From: Halobacteriovoraceae bacterium | GTDB lineage: Bacteria; Bdellovibrionota; Bacteriovoracia; Bacteriovoracales; Bacteriovoracaceae | Reading direction: 5' to 3' | Assembly (NCBI GenBank): GCA_963719505.1 | Contig: CAVRCF010000005.1 | Span: forward strand, 672,001-736,000 | DNA length: 64,000 nt | Shown here: one piece after another, positions 50,122 to 58,373 of the stretch | Layout of the letters: each line of letters opens with the position of its first letter | Numbering within the stretch: position 1 is the first letter of the stretch | Notes under the pieces: model-generated | What the model saw: the letters and a program-made list of their open reading frames with translations, nothing else | Told to the model about the DNA's origin: nothing | Databases searched by the model: none | Program-made: the position numbers and the translations under genes

Positions 50122-50991
50122 TTGCTCAAGTATGTTTTTTTCATTTTTTTATCTTTTGAATGTCTTGCCTCGGAGAGCTTCTATACACTTTCATTTCTCC
50201 ATCTTGAAAATAATATTTTTTCAAAACTAGACAAAGATATTAGCACTCACTCGGATGTTTTAAATTTAAGCTATACTCAGATTTTTACTCAAAAGCATTT
50301 GTTCTCTATTTCATCCTTTTATGCAGAATCAAAAGGAAACGAGTTGAGAAATGGAAATATGAGTAAAAGTAGTTTTTATTCTCGTGGATTTCAAGAGCCT
50401 CAGATCAGTTACGCTTACCTAGCGAAATCTGAGAAAAGCGATGATGGAGAGGTGTTGAACTTTAAGTTCTCTTTTATCCCCTCTTTGTTTGAAAAACGCT
50501 CAGGTGGAGAAAATCCAAATCAAGCTATTGGAGGCCACTTTATTTCTTATGAAGCGATCTGGGGTCAAACATATTCTACTTGGGCCGGCTATATTAGAGT
50601 CATGGGAGCAAGAAACTTTGTGGCTTTTGAAAAAAACATAAGTTCAAATACTGAATATTCAAAATCAGCCTATTCAACTTACTCTTTAACCTTCACAGGC
50701 AAATATAAATTCAATAACAAATGGAATCTTTTCTTCTCCTCCGGAATTCAGTTCACAAGAGATATTGATATTGAAAGTAACAAAACAACATCTTCAGCAC
50801 TCGTGCAGCAAGGTACTGGATCGACAAAAGATATTGGGATAAGCTACACAACCGTAAACCGCTCCTACAGTGCAAGTATTAAATCGACCAAAAATCAATT
50901 TTTTATCGATAGCGGAAGTGGAAGCACTATGGGTAATTATGATGGTGAATTTGAAAGGTACACTTTTAATCTTAGCGTTTCGTATTACTAA
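50122..50991 (+). CDS. Putative outer-membrane beta-barrel protein
   Basis: Signal peptide; amphipathic strands; aromatic C-terminus FNLSVSYY. Confidence 0.65.
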   Translation: MLKYVFFIFLSFECLASESFYTLSFLHLENNIFSKLDKDISTHSDVLNLSYTQIFTQKHLFSISSFYAESKGNELRNGNMSKSSFYSRGFQEPQISYAYLAKSEKSDDGEVLNFKFSFIPSLFEKRSGGENPNQAIGGHFISYEAIWGQTYSTWAGYIRVMGARNFVAFEKNISSNTEYSKSAYSTYSLTFTGKYKFNNKWNLFFSSGIQFTRDIDIESNKTTSSALVQQGTGSTKDIGISYTTVNRSYSASIKSTKNQFFIDSGSGSTMGNYDGEFERYTFNLSVSYY

Positions 50992-51545
50992 AAAATATAC
51001 TTATATCCAAAGCCATGACTCACATATTTTTTCACGTCAACATCATCAGGATTATTAAAATAATTTGTTAAGATAATATCATTAAGACCAGACTCAAAAT
51101 AAACGCCATGATCAGCAGTAATATTTAAATCTAATCCAAAAGAGAAAAGACCTCTAATTGATCCCAATCTATAATACTGTTCTGGGTATGAAGAATGCCT
51201 TGAGGACTGATAGTCTAAACCTGTCACGTGGTAAATATTAACTCCAAAGTAGAAGATCAAATTTTTTTCTAAAAGAGAAAAGTCGATCAAATCAAAAAGA
51301 TTCTTAATGGCAATTGCCTCTATCTCACTGCCTCCAATACTTTTTGGTACATAGCCATTAAAGACTTCTAAAGAATAAATCTCGCCGAATCTCTTTCCCA
51401 TACCTATAGATAAAAAGCCTATTTCCCCTGCATATTGGACTTTTAAATAGTCGACAAAATAAGCTTGGGCCCGAGAGCTTTGCAAAAGCAAAAACAGAAG
51501 AACACTACATTTTAACAAATTCAAACTGAACTCCAAAAGCATCAC
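50988..51545 (-). CDS. Small outer-membrane beta-barrel protein
   Basis: KVQYAGEIGFLSIG, GYVP, C-terminal GYKYIF; start uncertain. Confidence 0.7.
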   Translation of the reverse strand: MMLLEFSLNLLKCSVLLFLLLQSSRAQAYFVDYLKVQYAGEIGFLSIGMGKRFGEIYSLEVFNGYVPKSIGGSEIEAIAIKNLFDLIDFSLLEKNLIFYFGVNIYHVTGLDYQSSRHSSYPEQYYRLGSIRGLFSFGLDLNITADHGVYFESGLNDIILTNYFNNPDDVDVKKYVSHGFGYKYIF

Positions 51546-52296
51546 TTATATCGAGCACGAGGAGCTTGCCCTTAAACGAACTACCGGCTGTAAGTCTTTT
51601 CGCATTACCAAACATTCCTTCATTTGGGTTATGATTGTGTCCATTAATAAAAAGGTCCACGCCATAGGCATTAATAATGGATTTAGTGTCGCTTATCATT
51701 TTAGTGGAATAACGATCGGTATCATCAGGTTGAACATGGCCTAGGACAACTTTATTATCCTCAGTTGAGGCGATAAGTTCTTTTTCAAGCCAAGAAAGAT
51801 CCGGAACCATCCCCGGACTCTCCCAGTTATTATTATTAATTAGAATAAATTTCGTTTGCTTAAAAGTGAAACTAAGGTTTAGTTTTTTGCCATACCTTTT
51901 TTCAAAAATCTCTCTACCGTTACTAAGAAGATCGTGATTTCCAATGGCCATGACTAAAGGAATATCTAATTCTTTAATTTTATCTCTAAATAAGTCCCAC
52001 TCTGGTTTTAGACCAAGATTCGTGGCATCCCCTGTGTGAATAACAAAGGCGATAGTCGATTTGTTTTTATTGATATAGTCAACTTGCTTTGCGAGATCTT
52101 TATAATAGTCATGTGAATCTGAAATTACTGCGACTTTAAATGAGTTTGAAAAGATTGAAGATCTTGAATTTATATCTCCAAGGCCATCACCATTGAGGTT
52201 TTCTCTTTTTACATTAGAAACATATGGTGAGTAATTGAATTCTCCGCAGGCGGTTATCGTCAATGCGATAATACTACTCACCAATGTCCTAATCAT
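51505..52296 (-). CDS. Calcineurin-like metallophosphoesterase lipoprotein
   Basis: Lipobox ITAC; DSH, GD, GNHD, H, GHNH. Confidence 0.9.
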   Translation of the reverse strand: MIRTLVSSIIALTITACGEFNYSPYVSNVKRENLNGDGLGDINSRSSIFSNSFKVAVISDSHDYYKDLAKQVDYINKNKSTIAFVIHTGDATNLGLKPEWDLFRDKIKELDIPLVMAIGNHDLLSNGREIFEKRYGKKLNLSFTFKQTKFILINNNNWESPGMVPDLSWLEKELIASTEDNKVVLGHVQPDDTDRYSTKMISDTKSIINAYGVDLFINGHNHNPNEGMFGNAKRLTAGSSFKGKLLVLDISDAFGVQFEFVKM

Positions 52297-52304
52297 TATT
52301 CTTC

Positions 52305-52997
52305 CTAGTTTTTAATAATTTTATTAACCGACTTTCCACTTTTTGACCTTACATGGAGAAGTACTTTTCTACTGTTCAGATTTTCTGGAACATCAAAACT
52401 GACAGAAACTGGTTGCATTTTTTTGGGACAAAAGTCACTTTGTTTTTGCATCACTGGCATTACAGAGTAAGTATTTTCCCCGTCGTTTATTATATCGACT
52501 CTATCAAGAGCATAGCAATCACTCTCTCTCAAAGCTGTTAAATGAACCCTCTTTTGTGATTGGTCTACGTTAATTTTTGTGACAAAAGGGTATTTGTTTG
52601 AGTCTACACTCGGTTGTTCGGCTTTAACAACTTTTAATCTATCAAAGCGAGCAGTGTCTTGGTTTTTATTAACCTCTAGCTCATATGATCCTGGAACCAA
52701 AACTCCAAGCTTAACTTTTTGTTTGAATGGAACTCGCTCAGGTGGACAGTAAGGATTCGAATCATCGTAATGCAAAGCGTTCACCGAGATATCGATTGAA
52801 TTTTGTCGCTTGCTGATTTGATAAGTTGGCTTTTTCTGACAGGCATTTGGCAGCCATCCTGAAATAACGACTTCAGCTTTATCATTTGAATCAAAGCCTT
52901 TGGGTGAATAGACTTTATTAATCTCCACAGGTTTTAGCACGGGAGTCCCTGCCAATGCTACAGTCGAGATGAAACATGTAATCAATAGTTTTTTCAC
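52305..52997 (-). CDS. Secreted two-repeat beta-sandwich hypothetical protein
   Basis: Signal peptide; PKGFDSND..EVVISGWLPNAC; two Cys-paired halves. Confidence 0.75.
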   Translation of the reverse strand: MKKLLITCFISTVALAGTPVLKPVEINKVYSPKGFDSNDKAEVVISGWLPNACQKKPTYQISKRQNSIDISVNALHYDDSNPYCPPERVPFKQKVKLGVLVPGSYELEVNKNQDTARFDRLKVVKAEQPSVDSNKYPFVTKINVDQSQKRVHLTALRESDCYALDRVDIINDGENTYSVMPVMQKQSDFCPKKMQPVSVSFDVPENLNSRKVLLHVRSKSGKSVNKIIKN

Positions 52998-53078
52998 TTC
53001 TTATTCTCCTTGAGTTATGTGTTCCTGCCTAAACTACCTATAAGTAATTGATATTTCTTTAAGGACTTAACCGGAGAA

Positions 53079-53096
53079 TGTGTAATAATAAACACA
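53079..53096 (-). promoter_or_regulatory. Island box 8
   Basis: TGTGTA-ataata-AACACA; minus TAGTTT at 53036-53031 (gap 42). Confidence 0.75.
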
Positions 53097-53152
53097 AATT
53101 ATTCATAGCAAACTTTCCTATAGATGAATAAAATTAGGAAAAGGAAATTGTT

Positions 53153-53527
53153 ATGAATAAAAAAATTGTTGTATTCGTTATTTTAGTTTTTTGTGCTTTA
53201 GGAGTATATGTCTGGCTAAAACAAATGAATGCGCCTGACAGTGAACTCAAGGTTCCCTCACCCGAAAATGTAACAAGGTATGAAGAAGAACTTAGCCTTT
53301 TAAAGTCTGACTTGGCCTCAATCGGTGCAAGTAAGAATATTGAGTTAACCAACGCTCAGGTTCTCGAACTCAAAGAGCTCATCACCGCAGCCCAAGAGAA
53401 AATGTTCGAGTTGCAAAAGACACAGGGGAAATTCAGAGATGTCGTCAAAGCAGACTTAGAGTTTCTTCTCGAAGATATAAAAGATAAAACTCGAACTTTA
53501 AAACAAGAAAAATCCGTAGTTCAATAA
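53153..53527 (+). CDS. Membrane-anchored helical hypothetical protein
   Basis: AAGGA RBS; N-terminal TM; coiled coil. Confidence 0.7.
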   Translation: MNKKIVVFVILVFCALGVYVWLKQMNAPDSELKVPSPENVTRYEEELSLLKSDLASIGASKNIELTNAQVLELKELITAAQEKMFELQKTQGKFRDVVKADLEFLLEDIKDKTRTLKQEKSVVQ

Positions 53528-54166
53528 AAGACCTATGGATCTTTTTTGAGTGACATCCTCTATATTCTCAATAGCTTTAGCATCATTAGTAGAATCATCT
53601 ATTAACGTGTATTTATCTGATAATGAAACAAGAGTCGCAATTTCAAAATAGTTAAACGTTATTCTATTACGCCATTTAACCCCTGCTCTAACCCCGTAAT
53701 TAGTCACTCTTACTCGATTGGTTTTTGAAATATCCGTCTCGTTCTCTGTTATGGATGTATAGTTCAGCGTAAAAATACCTATGGTTGGTCCAATAGAGCC
53801 AATGATGTCGTACCCATCTGTTTGAGATAGTCGCCTCATATAGTTAAAACTATAAAATGAAGTCAATAAACTCGTAGCTCCTTCAACTTTTTTAGACTCT
53901 TTTTCAAAATCAAATTTTGCTCTTTTTGGTGTAAAGGAGGTATCAATGATAATACCAAACGAATTTAAATCATCGTATTTAAACTCCATAAGTGCGCCTA
54001 ATCCAAGAGCGACAAAGTCATCAAAGTAACGAGGCTCATTTTCTTGAATGCTCATATAAGGATAACCAAATGTTAAAGTTATGCTTGGATTTTGTATTTC
54101 AGCAACCTTCTTCACGTCGGATGCAAAAAGGCTTATAGAGAAGATAAAAACAAATAATTTAATCAT
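53498..54166 (-). CDS. Putative small outer-membrane beta-barrel protein
   Basis: Signal peptide; C-terminal NYGFFLF. Confidence 0.65.
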   Translation of the reverse strand: MIKLFVFIFSISLFASDVKKVAEIQNPSITLTFGYPYMSIQENEPRYFDDFVALGLGALMEFKYDDLNSFGIIIDTSFTPKRAKFDFEKESKKVEGATSLLTSFYSFNYMRRLSQTDGYDIIGSIGPTIGIFTLNYTSITENETDISKTNRVRVTNYGVRAGVKWRNRITFNYFEIATLVSLSDKYTLIDDSTNDAKAIENIEDVTQKRSIGLLLNYGFFLF

Positions 54167-54767
54167 AATTGAAGCTCACCATGAAAGAATAGTTCTCAGG
54201 GTCTTTATAAACGGGAACGAAAGCAACATTTTTTCTTTCTACTAAAAAGCTAAAAGGATTAATAATTCTTCCTAGCGCTCTAACATACACACTTTCTGAG
54301 TTTAAGAAGTAAACAGAGACCTTCTCTGCTATAAAACCAGCTGCTGTGCCGAAGACCGGAGTATTAAAGGTATCTTGAACACTTGGCTGCTCGGTATAAG
54401 TTTCAATAAACGCTTCAAACCATAAGCTAGAGAGGAAGGAGAAGGCAAAAGCCCTACTTCTTGAGTACCCACGAGCTCGATAGTAAAGATAAACCTGAGA
54501 GCCCGTGTATGTGTGGCCAAAATAATTCCAATTCGTATTGTCATTGTCGAATTTAAAATCTAAGAAATGCTCATTATACTTTTTCCAAGAGCCCTCTTGT
54601 TCAATCGTCTTATTTTGAGTCAAAAGATAGCCTGTTAAGTGTCCAGAGAAAACAATTCCTTGATCAACAATGACCTGCCGCACGGAGTGATCTTTGTCGG
54701 TGTAGTCAAAATAGCTGGATTGGGCTTCACCACATAAAAATAGAAAAGTTAAAAATAGTAGTCTCAT
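54159..54767 (-). CDS. DUF3943-like exported/membrane protein
   Basis: NYFGHTYTGS..Y..YRARG, WFEAFIE, PSVQD..NTP. Confidence 0.75.
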   Translation of the reverse strand: MRLLFLTFLFLCGEAQSSYFDYTDKDHSVRQVIVDQGIVFSGHLTGYLLTQNKTIEQEGSWKKYNEHFLDFKFDNDNTNWNYFGHTYTGSQVYLYYRARGYSRSRAFAFSFLSSLWFEAFIETYTEQPSVQDTFNTPVFGTAAGFIAEKVSVYFLNSESVYVRALGRIINPFSFLVERKNVAFVPVYKDPENYSFMVSFNYD

Positions 54768-54852
54768 TGTATTTATAGTAAAACATTGCTTGCTATATGC
54801 CACATATTTTTATGTGTTTTAATTGTGAACGACATCTTCAAAGGTTTTAAAA

Positions 54853-55374
54853 TTGAAATTAAAGTTTGTCCCTATCATCTTATTTTTCATCGCATGCGCG
54901 ACTAATCCCAAAATGAGAAGAAATATTAAGCAATACACCAGTCTTCCCATGAAGCAACAATTCACTCCTTTTGTGTCTGACGGCTGCTCTTTCTTTCCGG
55001 AAGGGACTAAAGAGGACAAAAGTGAATGGATAAAGTGTTGTGTCATTCACGATATGGAATACTGGATCGGTGGAACGAAACAGATGAGACTAGCCGCTGA
55101 CAAGAGACTAAAAAAGTGTGTTGCAAATAAAAACGCAAACATCATCTCCAAGATGATGTTTGAAGGTGTTCGCGTCGGAGGCAAGCCTCAGTACAAAACG
55201 GATTTTAAGTGGGGCTACGGGTGGACTTACAATCGAGGTTATCTCCCGGTTACCCCCACTGAGATGAAATACATCAAAACTCTTATGCCAAAAAAAGGCG
55301 AAGATCTAAGAAAGTTTATTTCAAAAGAGAAAATTGATCCAGAAATAGAAAAAGTTGGCCCGCTCTCTTTATAG
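54853..55374 (+). CDS. Lipoprotein with a PLA2-like helical Cys/His-Asp motif
   Basis: Lipobox FIAC; SDGCS, CCVIHDMEYW, AD..L..CV. Confidence 0.65.
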   Translation: MKLKFVPIILFFIACATNPKMRRNIKQYTSLPMKQQFTPFVSDGCSFFPEGTKEDKSEWIKCCVIHDMEYWIGGTKQMRLAADKRLKKCVANKNANIISKMMFEGVRVGGKPQYKTDFKWGYGWTYNRGYLPVTPTEMKYIKTLMPKKGEDLRKFISKEKIDPEIEKVGPLSL

Positions 55375-55392
55375 AGTGAATAAATCTACACA
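55375..55392 (+). promoter_or_regulatory. Island box 9, upstream of the BON-LEA-PAP2 operon
   Basis: AGTGAA-taaatc-TACACA; TATCTT at 55436-55441 (gap 43). Confidence 0.65.
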
Positions 55393-55475
55393 ATCTTTAA
55401 ACCTGAACAGGCTTTAACTTCATTGTAAACTAGACTATCTTAAGACCAATGCTCGTTTATATCAGGGAGGTATAC

Positions 55476-55781
55476 ATGAAAATATTTTTCATAGCATCTG
55501 CATTAGTTGTCTTAGTATCGTGTGCAAGTACGGAAAAAAGAGAATCTCTTGGAGAATACGTTGACAATTCAGCTATTTCGTCCAAAATAAAAACGAAACT
55601 TATTTCAGAAGATAATATCTCCTCAACCTCAATTGATGTTGAAACATACAAGGGACATGTTATTTTGTCGGGGTTTGTTGACAATGAAGTTCAAAAACAA
55701 AAAGCTCTTAAACTTGCAAAAGAAACTAAGGGCGTAGTAGAAGTTAAAGACGCGTTAATCGTGAAAACGACAATAAAATAA
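55476..55781 (+). CDS. OsmY-like BON-domain lipoprotein
   Basis: GGGAGG RBS; lipobox LVSC; GEYVDNSAISSKIK, IDVETYKGHVILSGFV. Confidence 0.92.
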   Translation: MKIFFIASALVVLVSCASTEKRESLGEYVDNSAISSKIKTKLISEDNISSTSIDVETYKGHVILSGFVDNEVQKQKALKLAKETKGVVEVKDALIVKTTIK

Positions 55782-55791
55782 GGAGAAACAC

Positions 55792-56010
55792 ATGAAGAAT
55801 TTAGTAACAAAGTTTTTAATGCTTACATTTGTAGCATTTTTAGCAACAGCTTGTTTTGAAAGCAAGACTGAAAACGCTGCAGAAGACGTTGGAGAGAAGA
55901 TCGAGGAAACTGGAGATGACGTAATGGACAGTGCAGAAGACGCAGTAGACAATGTTGAAGATGCGGCTGATGACGCAGTTGACAATGTAGAAGATGAAAT
56001 GGATCAATAA
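55792..56010 (+). CDS. Small acidic LEA-like lipoprotein
   Basis: Lipobox ATAC; 11-aa repeat AEDAVDNVEDA/ADDAVDNVEDE. Confidence 0.8.
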   Translation: MKNLVTKFLMLTFVAFLATACFESKTENAAEDVGEKIEETGDDVMDSAEDAVDNVEDAADDAVDNVEDEMDQ

Positions 56011-56781
56011 ATGATTTTAAGGGGGCTCCTTCTTTTTGTCCTTAGTTTTTCGTTTGCTTATGGAGAACTAAAAAGCAGATATTTTGAAGCCCCCTCTTTC
56101 GAAAGAGTAAAACAAGCAGCCTCGTCTGCAACGAACACCTACCACTTTCGAATTCCCCTGGCCTTGGGCCTTATCGCTTTTGCCTTCGATGGAAGAATAA
56201 GTGACAGCGCAGCGCGACACACACCTCTATTTGGATCACAAGAAAACGCAGAAAACTGGACTGACGCTTTAGTCGTGGGCCTTGTTCCTATGATGCTATA
56301 TTCTGCCATGCAATCAGATCTTCCCGTTAAAGATGAACCGGCTTATATAACCAGAGCAAAATTTATAGGATTTCAATCACTCATTATTTTGGCCGACTTC
56401 ACTCTCATTACATCTTTAAAGAATTCATCTAAAAGGGTAAGACCTGACGAATCAGATGACCTAAGCTTCCCTTCAGGTCATTCAAGTGTTTCAAGTGGGC
56501 TTTCAAGGACTGTTTTTAACAATATTAATAATTCTCAACATAGAGACACTACTTTTGGCAGAGTTCTCCAAGGAACTGCTTTTACATCCTCTATTCTTGT
56601 CGCTTGGGGACGAGTGGAAGCAAGAAAACATCATCTATCAGACGTCTTACTAGGTAACGCTCTTGGGGCATTCATTAGTGACTTCCTCTATGCAACTTTC
56701 CTTGAGGAACCAACAAAAATAGAGTCTGCCTTTTTTATCAATGGACAACAACAGTCAATGCGTTTAAGCTACTCGTTTTAA
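56011..56781 (+). CDS. PAP2-family phosphatase
   Basis: K..SKRVRP, SFPSGH, RVEARKHHLSD. Confidence 0.9.
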   Translation: MILRGLLLFVLSFSFAYGELKSRYFEAPSFERVKQAASSATNTYHFRIPLALGLIAFAFDGRISDSAARHTPLFGSQENAENWTDALVVGLVPMMLYSAMQSDLPVKDEPAYITRAKFIGFQSLIILADFTLITSLKNSSKRVRPDESDDLSFPSGHSSVSSGLSRTVFNNINNSQHRDTTFGRVLQGTAFTSSILVAWGRVEARKHHLSDVLLGNALGAFISDFLYATFLEEPTKIESAFFINGQQQSMRLSYSF

Positions 56782-56793
56782 ACCAAGGACCTA

Positions 56794-57552
56794 ATGAAAG
56801 CTTTATTCTCTCTTCTGTTTATACTCACTTGTATAACAAACTCTTTTGCCCAAACCAATACCGCTAAATCAATAGATCCAACGGTGACTGACAGCAGATC
56901 AGCTTGGGAAATCGAACAAAAAAACCTCCTCTCTCCGTTCACTACACCTGCCATTTGGATTCTTGGTGCAGGCTCACTTTTAACTTATGTTGTTTATAGG
57001 GCCAAAGAAGACAATGGGGATATTGGTTATAGAGAAGACCATAGAGAGGGGAATACATCGACAAATCTTGCCAATCTAGCAGGTTGGGGCTTATTTCAAA
57101 TTGGTTATACACTAACTCAACTTCCTGGCTTGATGGATAATGATAAAAAAGCACTAGAAAATACTGAGATGATGTGGAAATCAACTCTCTACACAAGCCT
57201 TACAACTTTTGTTTTAAAACTTTCTGTCCGAGAGGAAAGAAGAAATCTTGAAGAGAGATATGAATCATTCCCATCGGGACATGCATCAGCAGCATTTGCT
57301 TTTGCGACCAACGTAGCACTCAGACACGAATGGTATTGGAACTTTATCAGTGTACCACTCGCTCTTTGGGCATCAGTCTCAAGAGTTCATGATGACTCTC
57401 ATTATATCCATGATACGATCTTTGGAGCCGCACTAGGAATGAGTTTTGCCTATGGGATGAACTATATTAGTGATGGTGAAGAAGTACCATTTTTACTTGG
57501 CTACGAGCCAGTAGAAGACGGTGGCGGAATCGTCTTTAAATACAAGTTCTAG
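56794..57552 (+). CDS. PAP2-family phosphatase
   Basis: KLSVREER, SFPSGH, SRVHDDSHYIHD. Confidence 0.9.
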   Translation: MKALFSLLFILTCITNSFAQTNTAKSIDPTVTDSRSAWEIEQKNLLSPFTTPAIWILGAGSLLTYVVYRAKEDNGDIGYREDHREGNTSTNLANLAGWGLFQIGYTLTQLPGLMDNDKKALENTEMMWKSTLYTSLTTFVLKLSVREERRNLEERYESFPSGHASAAFAFATNVALRHEWYWNFISVPLALWASVSRVHDDSHYIHDTIFGAALGMSFAYGMNYISDGEEVPFLLGYEPVEDGGGIVFKYKF

Positions 57553-58373
57553 CTCTCCAAAGCAGCTGACCGATCCACAACGGGTCTTTGAATATTATTG
57601 TCTCGAAGGACCCTATTTCCTCTGGTGGTGATGTCGGTTAAAAAAGATTTCTCATATTTTACATCTAAAACGTACGCCTTCACACTCACCTTCACGACAA
57701 AGGTGTTAGATATGGCACTTTCTTCAAATACGAGAGACACTTTCTTTTTCAAATAAACGAAACGGGAAGTAATCACAACTTCATGTAAAAGTTTATGAAC
57801 ATGATCTAAGTTTTCGAAGATGGAAACATAGAAAGTTGTCACAACCATCATTTGCAGGGCGCCAGAGTTTCCCGATGATACAACATCAGTTAAAAACTTA
57901 GAGTTTGGAATCGTGATAAGATTATCATCAAGTGTGTTGAGTCTTACTGATCTCAAACCGATGTTGACAATCTCGCCGTAGTTATCTTCAAATTGAACTC
58001 TGTCTCCTACTTGAAATGGCCTATCAAAAAGTAAAATAAATCCCGCGATAACAGAGCCGACCAAATCTTTGAGTGCAAAACCAAATGCAACAGCAGCCGA
58101 GCCCCCAATACCTACGAGCAGCTCTCGACTCGGTTGGAAAACAAAATAAAACACGCCTAAAACACCAATAAGATAAGAGACAAAAGATAAAACGGTGGTT
58201 AATTGTAAGATAAGAAGTCTTTTACCTGAAAATTTTTCTTGAAGTTTAGCTGACCAAAGATTGAGAAGCCTTACACCTGCCACAATACAGAAAACAAGAA
58301 ATACAAATAAAAAGATCTTATCTATGTTGAGAAAGTTAAAAATTAAAACTGAAATATCGTTACTAGTTTCCAT
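57549..58373 (-). CDS. MscS-family mechanosensitive channel
   Basis: AFGFALKD, DRPFQVGDRV, IGLRS, TIPNS. Confidence 0.93.
   Translation of the reverse strand: METSNDISVLIFNFLNIDKIFLFVFLVFCIVAGVRLLNLWSAKLQEKFSGKRLLILQLTTVLSFVSYLIGVLGVFYFVFQPSRELLVGIGGSAAVAFGFALKDLVGSVIAGFILLFDRPFQVGDRVQFEDNYGEIVNIGLRSVRLNTLDDNLITIPNSKFLTDVVSSGNSGALQMMVVTTFYVSIFENLDHVHKLLHEVVITSRFVYLKKKVSLVFEESAISNTFVVKVSVKAYVLDVKYEKSFLTDITTRGNRVLRDNNIQRPVVDRSAALES

Noticed and set aside
54787-54830. Possible sigma54 site (TGGCAT-ATAGC-AAGC, minus) and half box TGTGTT
   Set aside because: Poor -12 context, no right half-site and wrong spacing.
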